Positions 51,082-64,000 of a DNA stretch of 64,000 nucleotides are shown piece by piece. Each line of letters starts with the position of its first letter. The first letter of the stretch is position 1. The stretch lies in the NCBI GenBank assembly GCA_035084275.1, contig CM068757.1, positions 3,100,001 through 3,164,000 of the forward strand, written 5' to 3'. This DNA is from Hydrolagus colliei (lineage: Eukaryota). The notes below the pieces were generated by a model. The model saw only the letters and a list, made by a program, of their open reading frames with translations, searched no databases and was not told the origin of the DNA. Position numbers and translations under genes: made by a program.

Positions 51082-51274
51082 GTAAGAATGTGGTTATCTC
51101 TGCGAGGCTTCCTGAGGGTTTAGGCGAAAAAAAAGATAAGCACTCGACAGGTAAGCCCTTCAAGTGTCATGTAAGTGTGGATTCCCACTTTGTGTATCGC
51201 AATTGGAGCTTGCGTTGTGGTGAATGGAGTACAAAGTGTGCTGTGCCTTCTCATCGTGAAGTGTCATTTAGATG

Positions 51275-51600
51275 TCATCAGCCTGGCTCAATTTGGCAGC
51301 TCTCCATCTCTTGATTCAGAAGGCTGTCAGTTGGAGCTCTGTGTCAGGACTTTGAAATCACAGGGTGAGGCTGGCACTCGAGTGTATGCCAGGGATTCAC
51401 TGCATTTTGCTGGAGTAGGAGTCCTTAAGATGAAGCATTAAATCGAGATATCGTCCTGAGTAGTTGGATGTTCAGGAAGATCGTATGACGCTGTTCAAAA
51501 AAAGGCAGTTTCTCCTGGTGTCCAGGCCAACAAACTCCCAAATAAAATGATTTACTCATGTCATGGCTGATTAGCGCTGCCAATTTTGAAAGACAACCAT
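51275..51600 (+). mobile_element. Older Deu-domain SINE (SacSINE1/AmnSINE1-like)
   Basis: tRNA-like start GCCTGGCTCAATTTGGCAGC..., then GATGAAGCATTAAATCGAG...GGATGTTCAGGAAGATCGTATGACGCTGTTC...TTCTCCTGGTGTCCAGGCCAAC, resembling the recalled Deu core. Confidence 0.6.
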
Positions 51601-52989
51601 TTGGGGATCGAAATTTAGTGTTGTGTGTATATATAGTAAGTATGTAAATTAAGGTTATACACTTATCACAATGATATAACACACGTTTTGGCATTATTTG
51701 GAGAATGTATTGTCAAAGTAATCAGAGGAAGGAATGATAAAGTTTAAGAAAATGCCTCTCTTCTTGCACACGGGATAATAATTCTTGAGCTAGGAGATGC
51801 AAGGTGTAAATACAAGTGGATCTCGCTAACATTTCTCTTGCAAGACCTCAGGCACAACACTGATAATATACCAATGTCAGATTTTCCTAGAACAAGATTG
51901 CTTTAATTAGAGTTGAATTATAGGTTGTCTGCGGTTATAGATATGTCCTTGGAAACCATCTTAAGATTCCCTAAATTAATTTCCCTTATGGCCATTGAAA
52001 GCCTTTAGAATTTTCAGAAGTGTCCTACCTGACTGGATTCAAACCCCTGTCCCACAGGGAATTACTGGCTCTTTAAAGTATCTCTATTGGAAAAAATGGA
52101 AATGCTTGAGTTTGTGTTAAATGTGAATAATAATTCCTCCATGTTACTACCATGCAAGTACTCAACTGTTCACTTGTGATTGATGCCACTTAAAAACACA
52201 ACTTAGGGGGTGTTTTGGAATACTTATGCCTTTGAGTATTTAAAACAGACATTTTACCATCTGCTAAACACGTAATGAATGGCACTTTCAGCTTAATGAT
52301 AAAAATCACTATGCTAATGTTCAGAACTGGTCATGGTTTATAAATATTGATGCAGTAGATATTTCAGATTAATGTTGTACCTGTGCCATCTTCTACAGAG
52401 CACAAAAAAGTCTGAATGAAATAAATCATTGTAACAGTTAAGTTTATGCGGGGAACTTATCAGGACAGAAAGCCAGCTGCAGAGACTGAATTCAACAATT
52501 TGCCAAATGCTCCAAAGCTCTAAAATGCTTAGAGCTTAAGTAAAGTAAACATGTCCAAAGCCACACAGGAATCCGCAACTCGTGATTGGATCGATACCCA
52601 AAGTGAGTCTGTTCAGAGTCACTCGAGTCTAGACTCTAGTACAAGTGTTGAAAGCGGTAATTCACTTTCAAAGCTATCCTCAAACTTCCCCTCTTCAGCT
52701 GTTGTTTCCTATTAGATTGGCTGTATTCCTATGAGCCTTGGGCTTGATTTTGAGATTGGTACCCAGTCTCTACTTTCTGACGTTGCATGTTGACTTGATT
52801 TCTGGAACACCTTATACAAGGTGGAAAGTCATTGCAAATTGCTTGTTGGCACCTGAGCTCCAAAAACCTCTCGTGATCTAAAAAAATGCTCTTTTTCCAT
52901 TCACTCACCCCGCGTGTTCTGGTTGGTTGTGTCAACCAACCAGAACCAGCCAAGGATCTGTCCATCCCTCATTCCCTCCATCAGGTTTT

Positions 52990-53210
52990 AAAATTGTTCA
53001 GGTTAGATTTTGAGCCAAGGTGCCGTCCGGCTACTCTGCTGATTCAGGTGGAGGTTAAAGATCCCATGGGAGTATTTCCCATACGTTGGTCCATTAATCC
53101 TCCCTCAACTAGATTTACCAAACCCCAGATTAACTGGTTATTCACCCTGTTGCTATTTGCGATTGTTATTGACACAGATGAGCTGTTAGCCGTGCTCACG
53201 ATAAGGTAAC
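52990..53210 (+). mobile_element. Deu-domain SINE fragment
   Basis: CAGGTGGAGGTTAAAGATCCCATGG...CCCTCAAC...CAGATTAACTGGTTATTCAC. Confidence 0.6.
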
Positions 53211-55106
53211 TCTACTTCCACTGGCATGGCTTCTTGATGACAAATATAAACCAATTAATTTATAAGCAGCAACACCTACATCGATAGGTTTGGAAACATT
53301 TATTTGCTAACTAGCCCTGGAACCCTGGACATGTAACTTTCTGATTTACTTAAGATGAATTGTTTGCTTCTCTATCCCAATTCCAATCCTTTGCAACTGT
53401 TTTCTTCATGTTCGTGTTGCATTCAATCCATTTGATCCGATTGAACCTCTGTTTCTGCACCCCCCACCCCTACCCACTGATCAGCACTTTCATTTCTGCA
53501 CCTTCAACAAATTTACTCCTGCTCTGAGATTTTAAGTAGGAATTTTACTTCTACAATTCAAATCTTGCAAATTGATGGTGAAAATATAAAAATGAATTAA
53601 AACGCAGCCCAAGAATCTCGTTTCAATGTCACAATAATGTTTTGCTGCGTTTAGCTCAGATTGCATTCATAAATAAAACATTTTTACTGGGGTAAACGAT
53701 TTAAATTAAGGGCTGCATTTCAAGAAACCCGTGACCAAACCATAAAGCAAATGGAACTTCACTTATAATTTGAAATATGACCCAACTGACTAGTCAGTCA
53801 TTCTGAATATTCAACAGGTTGAAGCATGTGATGGAGAAAGAGTCACCTCTAATCTGCATTGCTAACAGACGCTTTCTTATTACCCATTTATACTTGATTT
53901 GATGGAGAAATGAATGCATCGACACCACAAATCAAAGCTTTTGCTTTTTTTTTACAAACTCTATGAATTTTGCCCTCCAAAGTCATTCTGGCATGAAGCA
54001 GCATGACTTCAGGGTGGATTGTGAGATTAAACAAATTACGAGGCAAAAAAATGTACACATTTATATATATATATATATGTGTGTAAATTTCTCCTAGAGT
54101 CAGTCTCCTCATTACCATAGTGACATTGTCATGAAGGAACATGTTGTACGAAAGCAACATAGCAATGGGCACATGAAAAGAGCATGCAGGTTTTCGGGGG
54201 AGTTGACACTGACAGTAAGCAAGGCCTCTCTCTCTCTCTCTCTCTCCCCACTGAATTCAGATTCAATTCAAATATCAGATCATCTCATTCTTTGATCAAG
54301 TTTTGGAATTTTAGTTCCATCCACTTTGTGATTCATGTGGTCGTAAAAGGGACTGTTTTTGCTGGTGCTGTTTCAAAGAAACCTGAGTCTATCCCCTGGT
54401 TTCTGTTCAACTCCAAACCAAAAATTTACCCCCGCAATGATGAGGCTGCTCATCTCATTATTGTGTAGGGGACATTGGGGGCACAGCATTGGGTAGCTTC
54501 TGTGTGTATCTTTACAACAGTCATTTCAATTCCAATCTATTATATTTTGAGAAGCACATCAAAACTCCGAGAGCCCACCCTGTATGAAGGGAACTATATA
54601 AATTCTCGCCGTTACTTAATTTCTAACATGGACTTTTTCCATCAAATCATTGAGATTCCCAGATGAACACATTTCACCTCTTCTTGGAGTAGCTAATTCT
54701 TTTGTTTCCTCAAATTGGTTTAATTTATCAGAAGGGTGAGAGATTTGATTGAAGAACGACATCAAGATCATTTAGAAGTCAACGTGTCCTTATTGGGGGA
54801 AATCAAGAAATCTCCTTTCAGAATTGTTGACCCATTAATTTAGATGAGGACACAATGCATCTAGAATTATGAAAAAGTCTCAGTTGACAATATTGGACAT
54901 GGTTGATGCCACTGGGCCAGTCAGAAAGTCAAATGTTTAATTCAAGCAGAGCCTTTAAGGAAAATCTTCACCAAATGGCTTTCACTCCCTGTCTAACTTG
55001 CAACAGAACCAACACTAAGTTAGCAAAGCGATGTTGAAATATTTTCCCTTGCATATTTTTCACAATTTCAAATTGTTTTACTTGCTGAAATAATTATCTT
55101 GTGCAG

Positions 55107-55169
55107 AATAAAAGCCTGAAAAACAAACTTCTATCTGGAAACAAGCAATGCGGGATTCACGCAGAAGAG
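55107..55169 (+). CDS. LUZP2: LUZP2-like coding exon 6 (NKSLKNKLLSGNKQCGIHAEE), 63 nt
   Basis: Acceptor tcttgtgcag, donor GAG|GTACGA. Nearly identical to recalled human NKSLKNKLLSGNKLCGIHAEE. Confidence 0.96.
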
Positions 55170-55276
55170 GTACGATTAGTTTAAGTTTTTTGGATACGCT
55201 TGAATAAGTTAAAAATATATTTGGGCATTTTAATGAGTGCTGATACCTTCTATTCCTTCTTATCTTCCTTGTGCAG

Positions 55277-55339
55277 TCCAAAAAAATCCAGTCACAGCTT
55301 AAGGAGTTACGTTACGGGAAAAAGGATTTGATATTTAAG
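55277..55339 (+). CDS. LUZP2: LUZP2-like coding exon 7 (SKKIQSQLKELRYGKKDLIFK), 63 nt
   Basis: Acceptor ccttgtgcag, donor AAG|GTGAGA. Nearly identical to recalled human SKKIQAQLKELRYGKKDLLFK. Confidence 0.96.
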
Positions 55340-55707
55340 GTGAGACTACCGATTATTTCAGGAGGCATGATTTGCATAGGTAAGGTGCAAGTCCATGATA
55401 AGACTTCTCATTTTTCTTTACACACACATATGCACTGAAATGCCGCAGTGTCTGCTATATTCAATGCTTTTCCAGGAAACTAGACAAATTCTTCTGAGCT
55501 ATAGCAGCAAACTGCAACTGATAATAATGAAATCGACTGGCAGGCATTTCTGGAGGAGTTTCAGCTTGCCAGCTGATGATCTTGACAGAGCTTTTATTTT
55601 AAATACAGCCATTACTTATAAAACCCCCCAGTTAATTTGGTCAAATCATGCGTACATTGGTGTTGTACTTCGCAATAAATCCAATTAACTTATCGGGAGG
55701 CATCAAA

Positions 55708-55838
55708 GTTGGTCGTTTTCAATCCACAACTGTTTGTGGGACACTACTGTGTGCAATTGACTGCCGCGTTTCGCCCACAAAATATGCAGTCAATTCACTT
55801 TACAGTATATTCCTTGAAGCACTATGAGACATCTAGAA
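55708..55838 (+). mobile_element. SINE body fragment abutting an antisense L2 fragment
   Basis: TTGGTCGTTTTCAATCCACAACTGTTTGTGGGACAC...GAGACATCTAGAA. Confidence 0.8.
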
Positions 55839-56070
55839 TTCTGAATGATTTGCAGCCTGTGAAGCGAGGAGCTGGGGAGGCCGACGAGGAGAGAGTTCCC
55901 ATAGTCGAGCCTGGTAATAATAAAGGCGTGGACGAGAGTTTCGGCGGCGTGGGGGGGTGGAGGGGTGAGGTAGTGGCGGAGTCTGGCAATATTACAGAGG
56001 TGATGGAAGGCTGTGCCGCTCATGGAGCTGATGTGGGGGAGGAAGGATAGTTCGGGGACAAGCAAAACGT
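55835..56070 (-). mobile_element. L2 LINE ORF2 C-terminal fragment
   Basis: Translation LSFLPHISS...[12 protein letters not shown]...[24 protein letters not shown]...LQIIQNS is typical of L2-clade ORF2. Confidence 0.88.
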
Positions 56071-57889
56071 GCAGACTCCTGGGCGTCTTGCTCGACTTCT
56101 GGAACCACCTCGGGTGAAGTTACTGCGCGCACGAGGAAATTTAGGGAGAAAGGTAGAAAATACTAAATGTATATAAGTATTGGAAACCCTATATATAAAT
56201 TGAGACAGTTGATGTAAAGGGATGAACGTTTTACCTCTGGAAAGCACGAGCACAATAGTTGATCATAATAATGATATCAAGAATTCTTGCATTTGATGAG
56301 AGTGCCTCATCCCATTATCAGGATATCCGAGAGCGCAGAGCAGGATTTACTGTGCACTGGAGTGACTAGGTTTCAGGCAAAACAACCAATTTGCGCACAG
56401 CTGTGCCTCACAAACAGCCATAAAGTGAATGACCAAATTTGAACTGAGGGTCTGTTGGGCAGGGACCATAGACTATAATTTAAGTGAAACAGAAATGATT
56501 GGTGAATTACTCCTCTTTAAACATCAGTGAGGAAATCAAGCTAAACTGCTTGGGAATGAAATGATCTTTGATTTCCATAATCAACACCAGTTTGGGCTGC
56601 AATTGACTAGTTTCTTGATTTATGTTTTGAACAGAAACAAACAAGATAAATGCTGGAATTGCGAGACTCCAAAGCTTATATTGTTTTTCAATTTCACAGT
56701 CGGCTGATTCAGGGTGAAATTTATGACCAAATTTATATAATATATTAGACTTTGCATTTGCATTCTGCCTTTTCATGTCGGTGGGCATCCTAATGTCACA
56801 CAACTGATGGGAAAACCTTCTTTGATTTTGTCAGTTATACATTTTCACTGACATATAGGTACTTCCTCTGTGGCACCACAAACACAGTTGAGCTAACTTT
56901 CTACCAAACATCCATCAGATCTGTCACAAAGCTTGTCCACTACACCCAGTATATGAATCCACCAGTCAGCGGCAATTTGTGGCAAGGATTAGGAAGGTGA
57001 TTCATAGAAATTACAGTGCATCCAGGACCATTTGATGTATTGGGACAATGTTGATGTTAGCATCTTTTCTAGAGCTGCACAATCTAATCTCAAAGCCTCT
57101 TGTATCCCCGAACCGTTTTTGATATAGATCATCCTGAAACATTGTGTTGACAATTGCTACCTTCCCCCATTTGTTGCTGCAACTCTGAGCCAAAGTTTTG
57201 CTGAAAAGCACCTGTCTCAGAAACAACAGATCATATAAGTAGGGGTTTAAAAGCGCATCAACTTTTCGATACGTTTAGGGAAAAATATCTGACATGGTCA
57301 GACGCATATATGTGATATCATAGTGAATTTCTGTCTAATTTTGGCCAAGCAGTTCCCACAGGCTATAAAGGTTATAATTCAACCTTTTTTTGTTTAATTC
57401 AATTTTGATTAAACAAAAGGTAATTCAGGAGGCACTTAGAAATTCACAACATCATTTCTTGCCCTTAAGATGTAATGGATGACAGAAATGATGAAACATT
57501 ATTTTAGGAGAAATAGGAAGTTGTGCCCCATTAATCCTGCAGACAATAATGAATTAGCAAAAGGATTAAGATGAGGCATTGTGCTCTTTTGTCTTAAAAT
57601 ATTATCATTCTTTTTGGTAGTAAATCAGCTGAAATCTAAAGTCATTTTGACTTTTAAATTGGCTTTTTTTAACCCTGACTTTAACACTGCAGACTTACAG
57701 ATATGAAAATTGGTCAATTTTGTGGATTATGCAGTCACTAAATTATTACTAAGTGTACATTTTGACAACGCTCGATATTAAATTCCCCGTGGAACAAATT
57801 TTCCCAATGTTTTCTTGTGGAAAAACTCTTTAGACTCTTTAGATCAACTTTCCAAGTGCATATCACACCTTAATTGAGTACTGTAATGT

Positions 57890-58196
57890 GGAGTCCTGTA
57901 GCACAGTGGTTAGAGCACTCGCCTTGCAAGAGAGAGACCTGGGTTGAATTCCAGGCAGGGCAAAACCTTCGGCAAGTTTCCCTTCACTACACGCCCAATA
58001 ATAATCCCTCAAAAAAACTATAATAAATTGGTAATTTCAACACATGACTGTTTGTGGGACACTGCTGTGTGCAATTGGCTGCCATGTTTCAGCCACAAAT
58101 ATACAGTCAATTCACTTTAAAATATATTCTGTGAAGAGCTTGGAGACATCTAGAAGACGTGAAAAGCGCCATATCAAATGCAAGGATTATTATTAT
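57890..58196 (+). mobile_element. Full-length SINE copy
   Basis: GGAGTCCTGTAGCACAGTGGTTAGAGCACTCGCC... through ...CAAATGCAAGGATTATTATTAT. Confidence 0.9.
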
Positions 58197-58519
58197 ACTT
58201 GCACAATTTACATTCACTCAGAACATTTCACATCAGGACGATATCTCAACGCACTTACCAGTGCTGGCTGGGCACTCGGGCTGGGGGTGAGAGTGTGAAA
58301 AATGACTCAAACCACAATCCAGATGTTGAAATGTAGCCTGATCGAGAGGATGGGTGGAGTGAGTGCAATCTATGAGCAGAACCTGATCCATTCGACTAGC
58401 AATTATACACAAACATTATTTTACAGTCTCTGTTTTGCCACTGCCTAGAATTGGAGTTCACGTCTAGTTATGGTTACTCACAGGAATGCAGTATGGAGCC
58501 TGCAAAGCTTTTGACTCCA

Positions 58520-59275
58520 CTACCTGTTTAATATATATTAATGATCTGGACTTGGGTGTAGGGAGCACAGTTTCCAAGTTTGCAGATGATACTAAGTTAG
58601 GGAGAATAGTAAATAGTGAGGAGGATAGTAACCATCTGCAAGAAGATATAAATAAAATGGTAAAGTGGGCAGTTACATGGCAGATGAAGATTAACGCAGA
58701 GAAGTGTGAAGTGATACATTTTGGGAGAAGAAATGAGGGGAGGCAATATAGGCTAGATAGAACAATTTTAGGGGTGTGAGGGAACAGAGAGACCTGGGGA
58801 TTTGTGTTAGCGACTCTTTGAAGGTGGCAGGACAGGCAGACAGAGCTATTAAGAAGGCATGTATGGGATACTAGGCTTTATAAGTAGGGGTATAAGAGTG
58901 GTATAATAGGGGTATAAAATCATGAGGGGATTCGACAGGGTGAATAAGGAAAAACTGTTTCCACTGGTGGGCGAATCTGTGACTCGGGGTTACAGATTTT
59001 AAATAGTTTCAAAACAAAGCAGAGGGGAGCTGAGGAGAATTTTTTTCACTCAGTGGGTTGTTCGAATCTGGAATGCATTGCCTGAAAAGGTGGTGGACGC
59101 CGATTCGATAACAGCTTTTAGAAGAGAATTAGATCTTTATTTAGGGAGAACAGGTCTGTTGGGTTATGGTGAGAGAGCTGAGCAGTGGGATTGAGTTGCT
59201 CTTTTCAAAGAGCCAGCAAAGACTAGATGGGCCGAATGGCCTCCTTTTGTGGCGTAAAATTCTATGATTCTATGA
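58520..59275 (+). mobile_element. 5'-truncated CR1 LINE (RT C-terminal part plus 3' UTR) with an internal deletion
   Basis: Translation IYINDLD...SKFADDTKLG...LQEDINKMVKWAVTWQMKINAEKCEVIHFG is a typical CR1 RT segment with the FADD motif. Ends in ATGGGCCGAATGGCCTCC...TTCTATGATTCTATGA. Confidence 0.92.
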
Positions 59276-61177
59276 AATAATGAGACTGGTTAATCATTGT
59301 AAAATAACCCCTCATGATAAGAGTAAAAACAGTAGAATATTTGGGGCACTTCTTCTTTGGAGATATGGTAAAGGATATTTCCTACAACAAAACTGCTCAA
59401 GTATATTCACTCTTAGAAATGCTGCAATGATATTCTGCAGGTTTCATTCCATTATTCCAGCTAGGGAGACACTATTTGCAGAAAATGTGAATCACACATT
59501 CACACTGTGTACTTTTCTTTTTAGTTAGGAGAGAAATCATACCCCTCTCCCCCCTCCCTGTGCCCCCCCCCACCCCCAAATGAAATAAAGTCTCAGCATT
59601 CAAAGCATGCATTTGTACGTTGGTGGATGGCGAAACAGCCTCTTATAGATGTGTCTCGATTTAGAGTTAAATAGCAACAGCTTAAAAATCAATGGTTCTA
59701 TCATAAAACACATTCAGTTCCATCTCCAACCTCCCGCAGCCCAAATCTTCACCTCTTGCAGCCTAGAAAGTAGCTCATCTCAAATGTGCAGAGTGACACT
59801 TCCCAGGTTTCAGGAAAAAAAACAATCTCCTGGGGGAAAGGTTAAAGATAAGCTTTGGAGAGCTCAAGCACCAGAGAATAATTTGCTGCAGTTCTGCGTT
59901 TGCATTTAAATATCTTTAGTGTGTCCAATTATTTTCCGTTTTTTGGGGCTCCCTATTGGCATTAACATATTGGGACCAACACAGTACATTTGCATGCAGA
60001 CCGATCATTTTATAATTACTACATATTATCCATAATGCAAATTGCAGGATTGGTGAGGTAGGTAGGGGGATTCATAAACGTGAGAGAGCTATTGGAGAAA
60101 GGATATAATTATTTGTTTGACACTCAGGGTCAAGTGTGGCAATGAGCCAAGGTACTGTATTTATGCGGTATATAAAATGAAATGAAGCCGACATCAAGGC
60201 ATTCAGCAACATTTACAGTATCTTTCTTCTGCCAATGAATGCAATGGTGTACAAGAGCAGACTCTCTCTTTGCTCGAGGATGGGGACTAACTGGCAATGC
60301 TGTGTTTTTATTAAACCAATGATGTGACTGTATAATAATCAACCGAGCAGGCGGAGAGTTGCTACGCTTGCTCTGGCAATGTCCCCGGATTCTAATCTCA
60401 GAACATTGCCAATTTAGCACCAATTAGTACCACATTAGGTTTTTCACTATGAACACGTGTCCACCGGGGATTGGGATGATACTGTACACGATTACGCCAT
60501 ATGCAGTAGTATTGACAACCAACAGAGAGAACTAGGGTTTCATTACACTAATGTGTGCTGGATTCTCAGTGGTACAGAGGCAGTTTTTGAAACCATCAGG
60601 TATCATCAGCATCTCCTAGTTTGCTGTTTTTGACATGCAGCACATTTCAAACACTTTTTTGATTTCCATGCATTACCTCAAAACGAGTTTAATTGCAGCT
60701 TCAAAAACTATGATCAAGATTTGATGCATGCTGTTGAAAGTGGGTGGTATTGGAAAAACGCCACTGCCGTCGCAAATTGATGTCAGGATTACCAAACGAT
60801 TTGAAAGTTGTAAATATTTTAGTGCTGGAAGCCAGTTCATTGATGTCAAAACTCTGTGCTTCCATTGTTAGCGCCGGTGCACAGTAGACTCACACTGTAA
60901 GGGAATCGACACTCAACCATGTTGCTTTCTAATGGGGCTGCACTGTAAATTCAACATGTTCATCAGATGCAATCTGTACATCACAAGAAGCATAAGTAAA
61001 TTCAGCAAGCAACAGCAATATAATGATTTCTGGCACTGTGCAATTATCAGTGGGTGAAAACTATACCAAGCTGTGATGGACAGACAGAATTTGAACTACT
61101 CTGTGCTGAAGTGAGTAGAATATGTTGTTGCTGGGGAAGTGTAATTTATTGCAGCTATTTTTTTCTCCCCCTTCCAG

Positions 61178-61252
61178 GCACAGCAATTGACTGATCTGGA
61201 ACGTAAATTGTTAGCAGCGAAACAGGAATTGGAAAAGACAGCAGGAGATAAG
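61178..61252 (+). CDS. LUZP2: LUZP2-like coding exon 8 (AQQLTDLERKLLAAKQELEKTAGDK), 75 nt; gene continues beyond the window
   Basis: Strong acceptor ttttctcccccttccag, donor AAG|GTGAAA. Matches recalled human AQQLTDLEQKLAVAKNELEKAALDR. No later exon or in-frame stop recognised before 64000. Confidence 0.93.
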
Positions 61253-64000
61253 GTGAAAAAAGTTTATGAATGAGGGCACTGAGTTTTCAAACTCTGACAG
61301 TCATACACTCTATTATTCCCCTGGGACTGCTGTGCGATATTTCTGCTGTAACTGATGTCCAATAACTTAATTTACCATATTTACCTGAATCTAAAGCACC
61401 CTCGCAAATCTAAGGCCAAAGAGATTTTAGAGGATTTCGGGGGGAAATAAAAGGAACTTTGCTACAATTTTAAAGAATCATTAGTTTTAAGTCGCAGACT
61501 GATTTTGTGTATTTTGTGAGTACTGTATAATCTGTGAAGCGCTTTGAGACATCTTGAAGACGTGACAAATGCAAGGATTATTATATATTATATCTTTTTT
61601 TTTGTCTCACCTGTCACACAAAAATCCCAGCTTCAATGAGGCAGGATTGCAGAATATACAGACTATAAACGGGCAAAGGGGAAAGAGAGTGAAAATATTG
61701 TTCAGTCTTGAAATACGCCCATTATTTTTTATCTGGTGCAAGTTTCTGACCTTGGACCCTGACTGTGACAAACGCCTAAAGTCTGTTCAGTAGGGATTTG
61801 CTCATACCTCTCGCTGTAAACAAGCACAGTGGTATGCTGCTCTCCCTGTCGAAAACCTACCAAGCAGCAAATGTTGTCCAAGAATTTCTGTTCACCTTCT
61901 TGCATAAATCCTACCCTTTGAATCATTGCTGACACCTATATTTTTTTGTGTGTGGGGAGAAGGTTATTTCCAAAAAGGGATTGCCAAATCTTATTTGGAA
62001 GAAATCAGTTATAATTGAGACGCTACTGATGTGTCAAGAGTATTTGATAGATTCTGAGGTGGCTTTTGACTGTACCTTATACGGTACCAAAGTATCAGGC
62101 ATTGAGGCAGACACACAAGGAACGTCATCTACTCCCAGTCAAGTAGCATTGCTGCTGAAATCACTACCTCTATCCCATTAATCAGAAAGACTCCTTAACA
62201 TGCCACAGCACTACAGTGGAGGTAAACCATTGTGAATAGAATAAAGATAATACATGGATGGCATTTATCTACAATTTGTCAAAGAAACGGCAGATTGCTG
62301 CTGATGCTGGTGCACAATGACATTATGTCCGGGAGTATAAATCACATCAGTCATCCGGATTAAAACTCCAACACGACTTGTATACATTTCAAACAACTGA
62401 TCAATCACCCACTGGAGGTGATGCTGCAATGGTAGCAGCATCAATTTCTCCGAGTCGCCTCCCTCTGGATTTGCCTTGTGTTGGCAATCTACAGTATTTC
62501 TAAAGTTTATCCAACCTGTTGAATAAACACTTAAAATAATGTGTTTTTTTCTAAATTTCACCTTGCAATTTTTGCAGAGTTAGGAATACAATAATGGGCA
62601 TGAAACAGCTCTCATCTTGCATGCTGTTTCACTGGAGAAAAACAGCTATTTGGTGACTGCTTCCCACGCATAATTGCTAAGATAGGATCGCATGGAATTG
62701 ATTTACAACAGTCAAACATAATCCACACCCATCCCATTTCCATGAGCTGTTAGAATCCACAAAGTACTGTGTTGCCTCTCAAGGATAACAAGCATCCATC
62801 TTTTTTGCCACTGAACTGCGATGCAAGTCGCAAGTCAAAGATTGGTCATTAAGTGCGTGTGTTGCATTGCATTTAAATGAAGAGATACGACTGATCTTCT
62901 CACCATTCCATTATGTCCATTAAAAACAAAAAGACAGAGGAAAATACAACCAGTTTAAAAACGGCAGTAACATATCAACCTTTGCAGAGCCTTTGGACAA
63001 ATGACTTAGCTTGTCTCAGGCTCCACTTTCTAACTAACGATCTAATGATCAAGTCATCTCTCATCATAATCTAATTAACTGAAAGATAGCAGTTGAGAAA
63101 CAAAAACAGAGCACAATCCTATCAAATACCAACCAGCAAATCTACCTTTGGCATTTACCAAAAGGGCAACAAACATCATTTATTCCTTCTCCCAAGAAGA
63201 TCCTCAACTATCAAAGCAACAGAAATTTTAGTTCGTTCGCAAGATTTATTACCAATCCAGCAGAAGTGTTCCACTGCCTTAAGAATAGCCCACAGATGCA
63301 TTTCCTTGCATTCAATGCTTGATCATCTCAACTCTAATCATACACCCTATGCAAATGCTGGCTGTTTATTGCATCTGCAACTTGAAATTGATCTGCTCTT
63401 TCCCGACTTGCTAGTGCTCAATCCTCTCATTCACAGGAGACCTAACCAATATTTGTGATGAAACTGCAACCTTAATAGAGATCCAGTTGGGTGCAGGTAA
63501 TGGGAGCCGCGGATATGATTTTTGATTTGTGGCTAAACCAGAAGATCTTAGTGTGTCCACAGAGAGAGAGAGTGAAAGAGAGAGAGAAAAAAATGCAAAT
63601 AAGATGTCATACCGTCTTTGGAATATTACAAAATCACACTGAAATACAAATGTACGCAGACAAATAATAAATATGAATGCAAAAATGAACAAGAAAAAAA
63701 AACTAAATTGATTCCGCTTCAACATTTATATACTGTACAGTAAAGCAGAATACAATGTACCCATGTCTTCAAAAGGAATTCCCAATTCTGCATCTACATG
63801 AAATACAGAGTTTCAGATGAAAAACTATAGAGATTTTCCTCCTGGGTGTGAATGCAATGTGGTCCTCCACTGGTTTGACTTCCAACACATCTATTGCATA
63901 CCATCATATCCTCTCCTTTGATCTCTTTGATAGCATTGAACTGTCTAGACATCCTACCTCATTCCTTTGGCAGCAGATATGGGATTTAAAGAACAAGTGA

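Noticed and set aside
61253-64000. LUZP2 exon 9 (expected ESQMKAMKETV-like)
   Set aside because: No matching reading frame with a suitable acceptor was seen; it is presumed to lie downstream of the window.

Overview
AT-rich, repeat-dense vertebrate genomic DNA. The repeats (tRNA-head/Deu-type SINEs, CR1 and L2 LINE fragments) suggest a cartilaginous fish, possibly a holocephalan; this is inference. The window holds the first eight coding exons of a + strand LUZP2 (leucine zipper protein 2)-like gene: ATG at 8527, last visible exon ending at 61252, 199 codons with consistent GT-AG phases, a signal peptide plus coiled coil, and a 34.9-kb first intron. The gene continues past the window. Almost all ORFs in the supplied track are spurious or transposon remnants. 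The most interesting non-coding signal is a family of ~100-nt insertions in intron 1 that carry a minimal type I hammerhead ribozyme core of the Penelope-like-element type. Two copies have 11-13 bp target-site duplications, one on the minus strand is structurally intact, and one forms an inverted dimer. Other notable items are an expanded-spacer RE1/NRSE motif upstream of the ATG, a SINE-head/minisatellite/L2-tail composite, repeated tail-to-tail retroposon hairpins, and three consecutive 63-nt (3-heptad) phase-0 exons. Repeat boundaries are approximate. Family names and human comparisons come from recalled sequences, not database searches.
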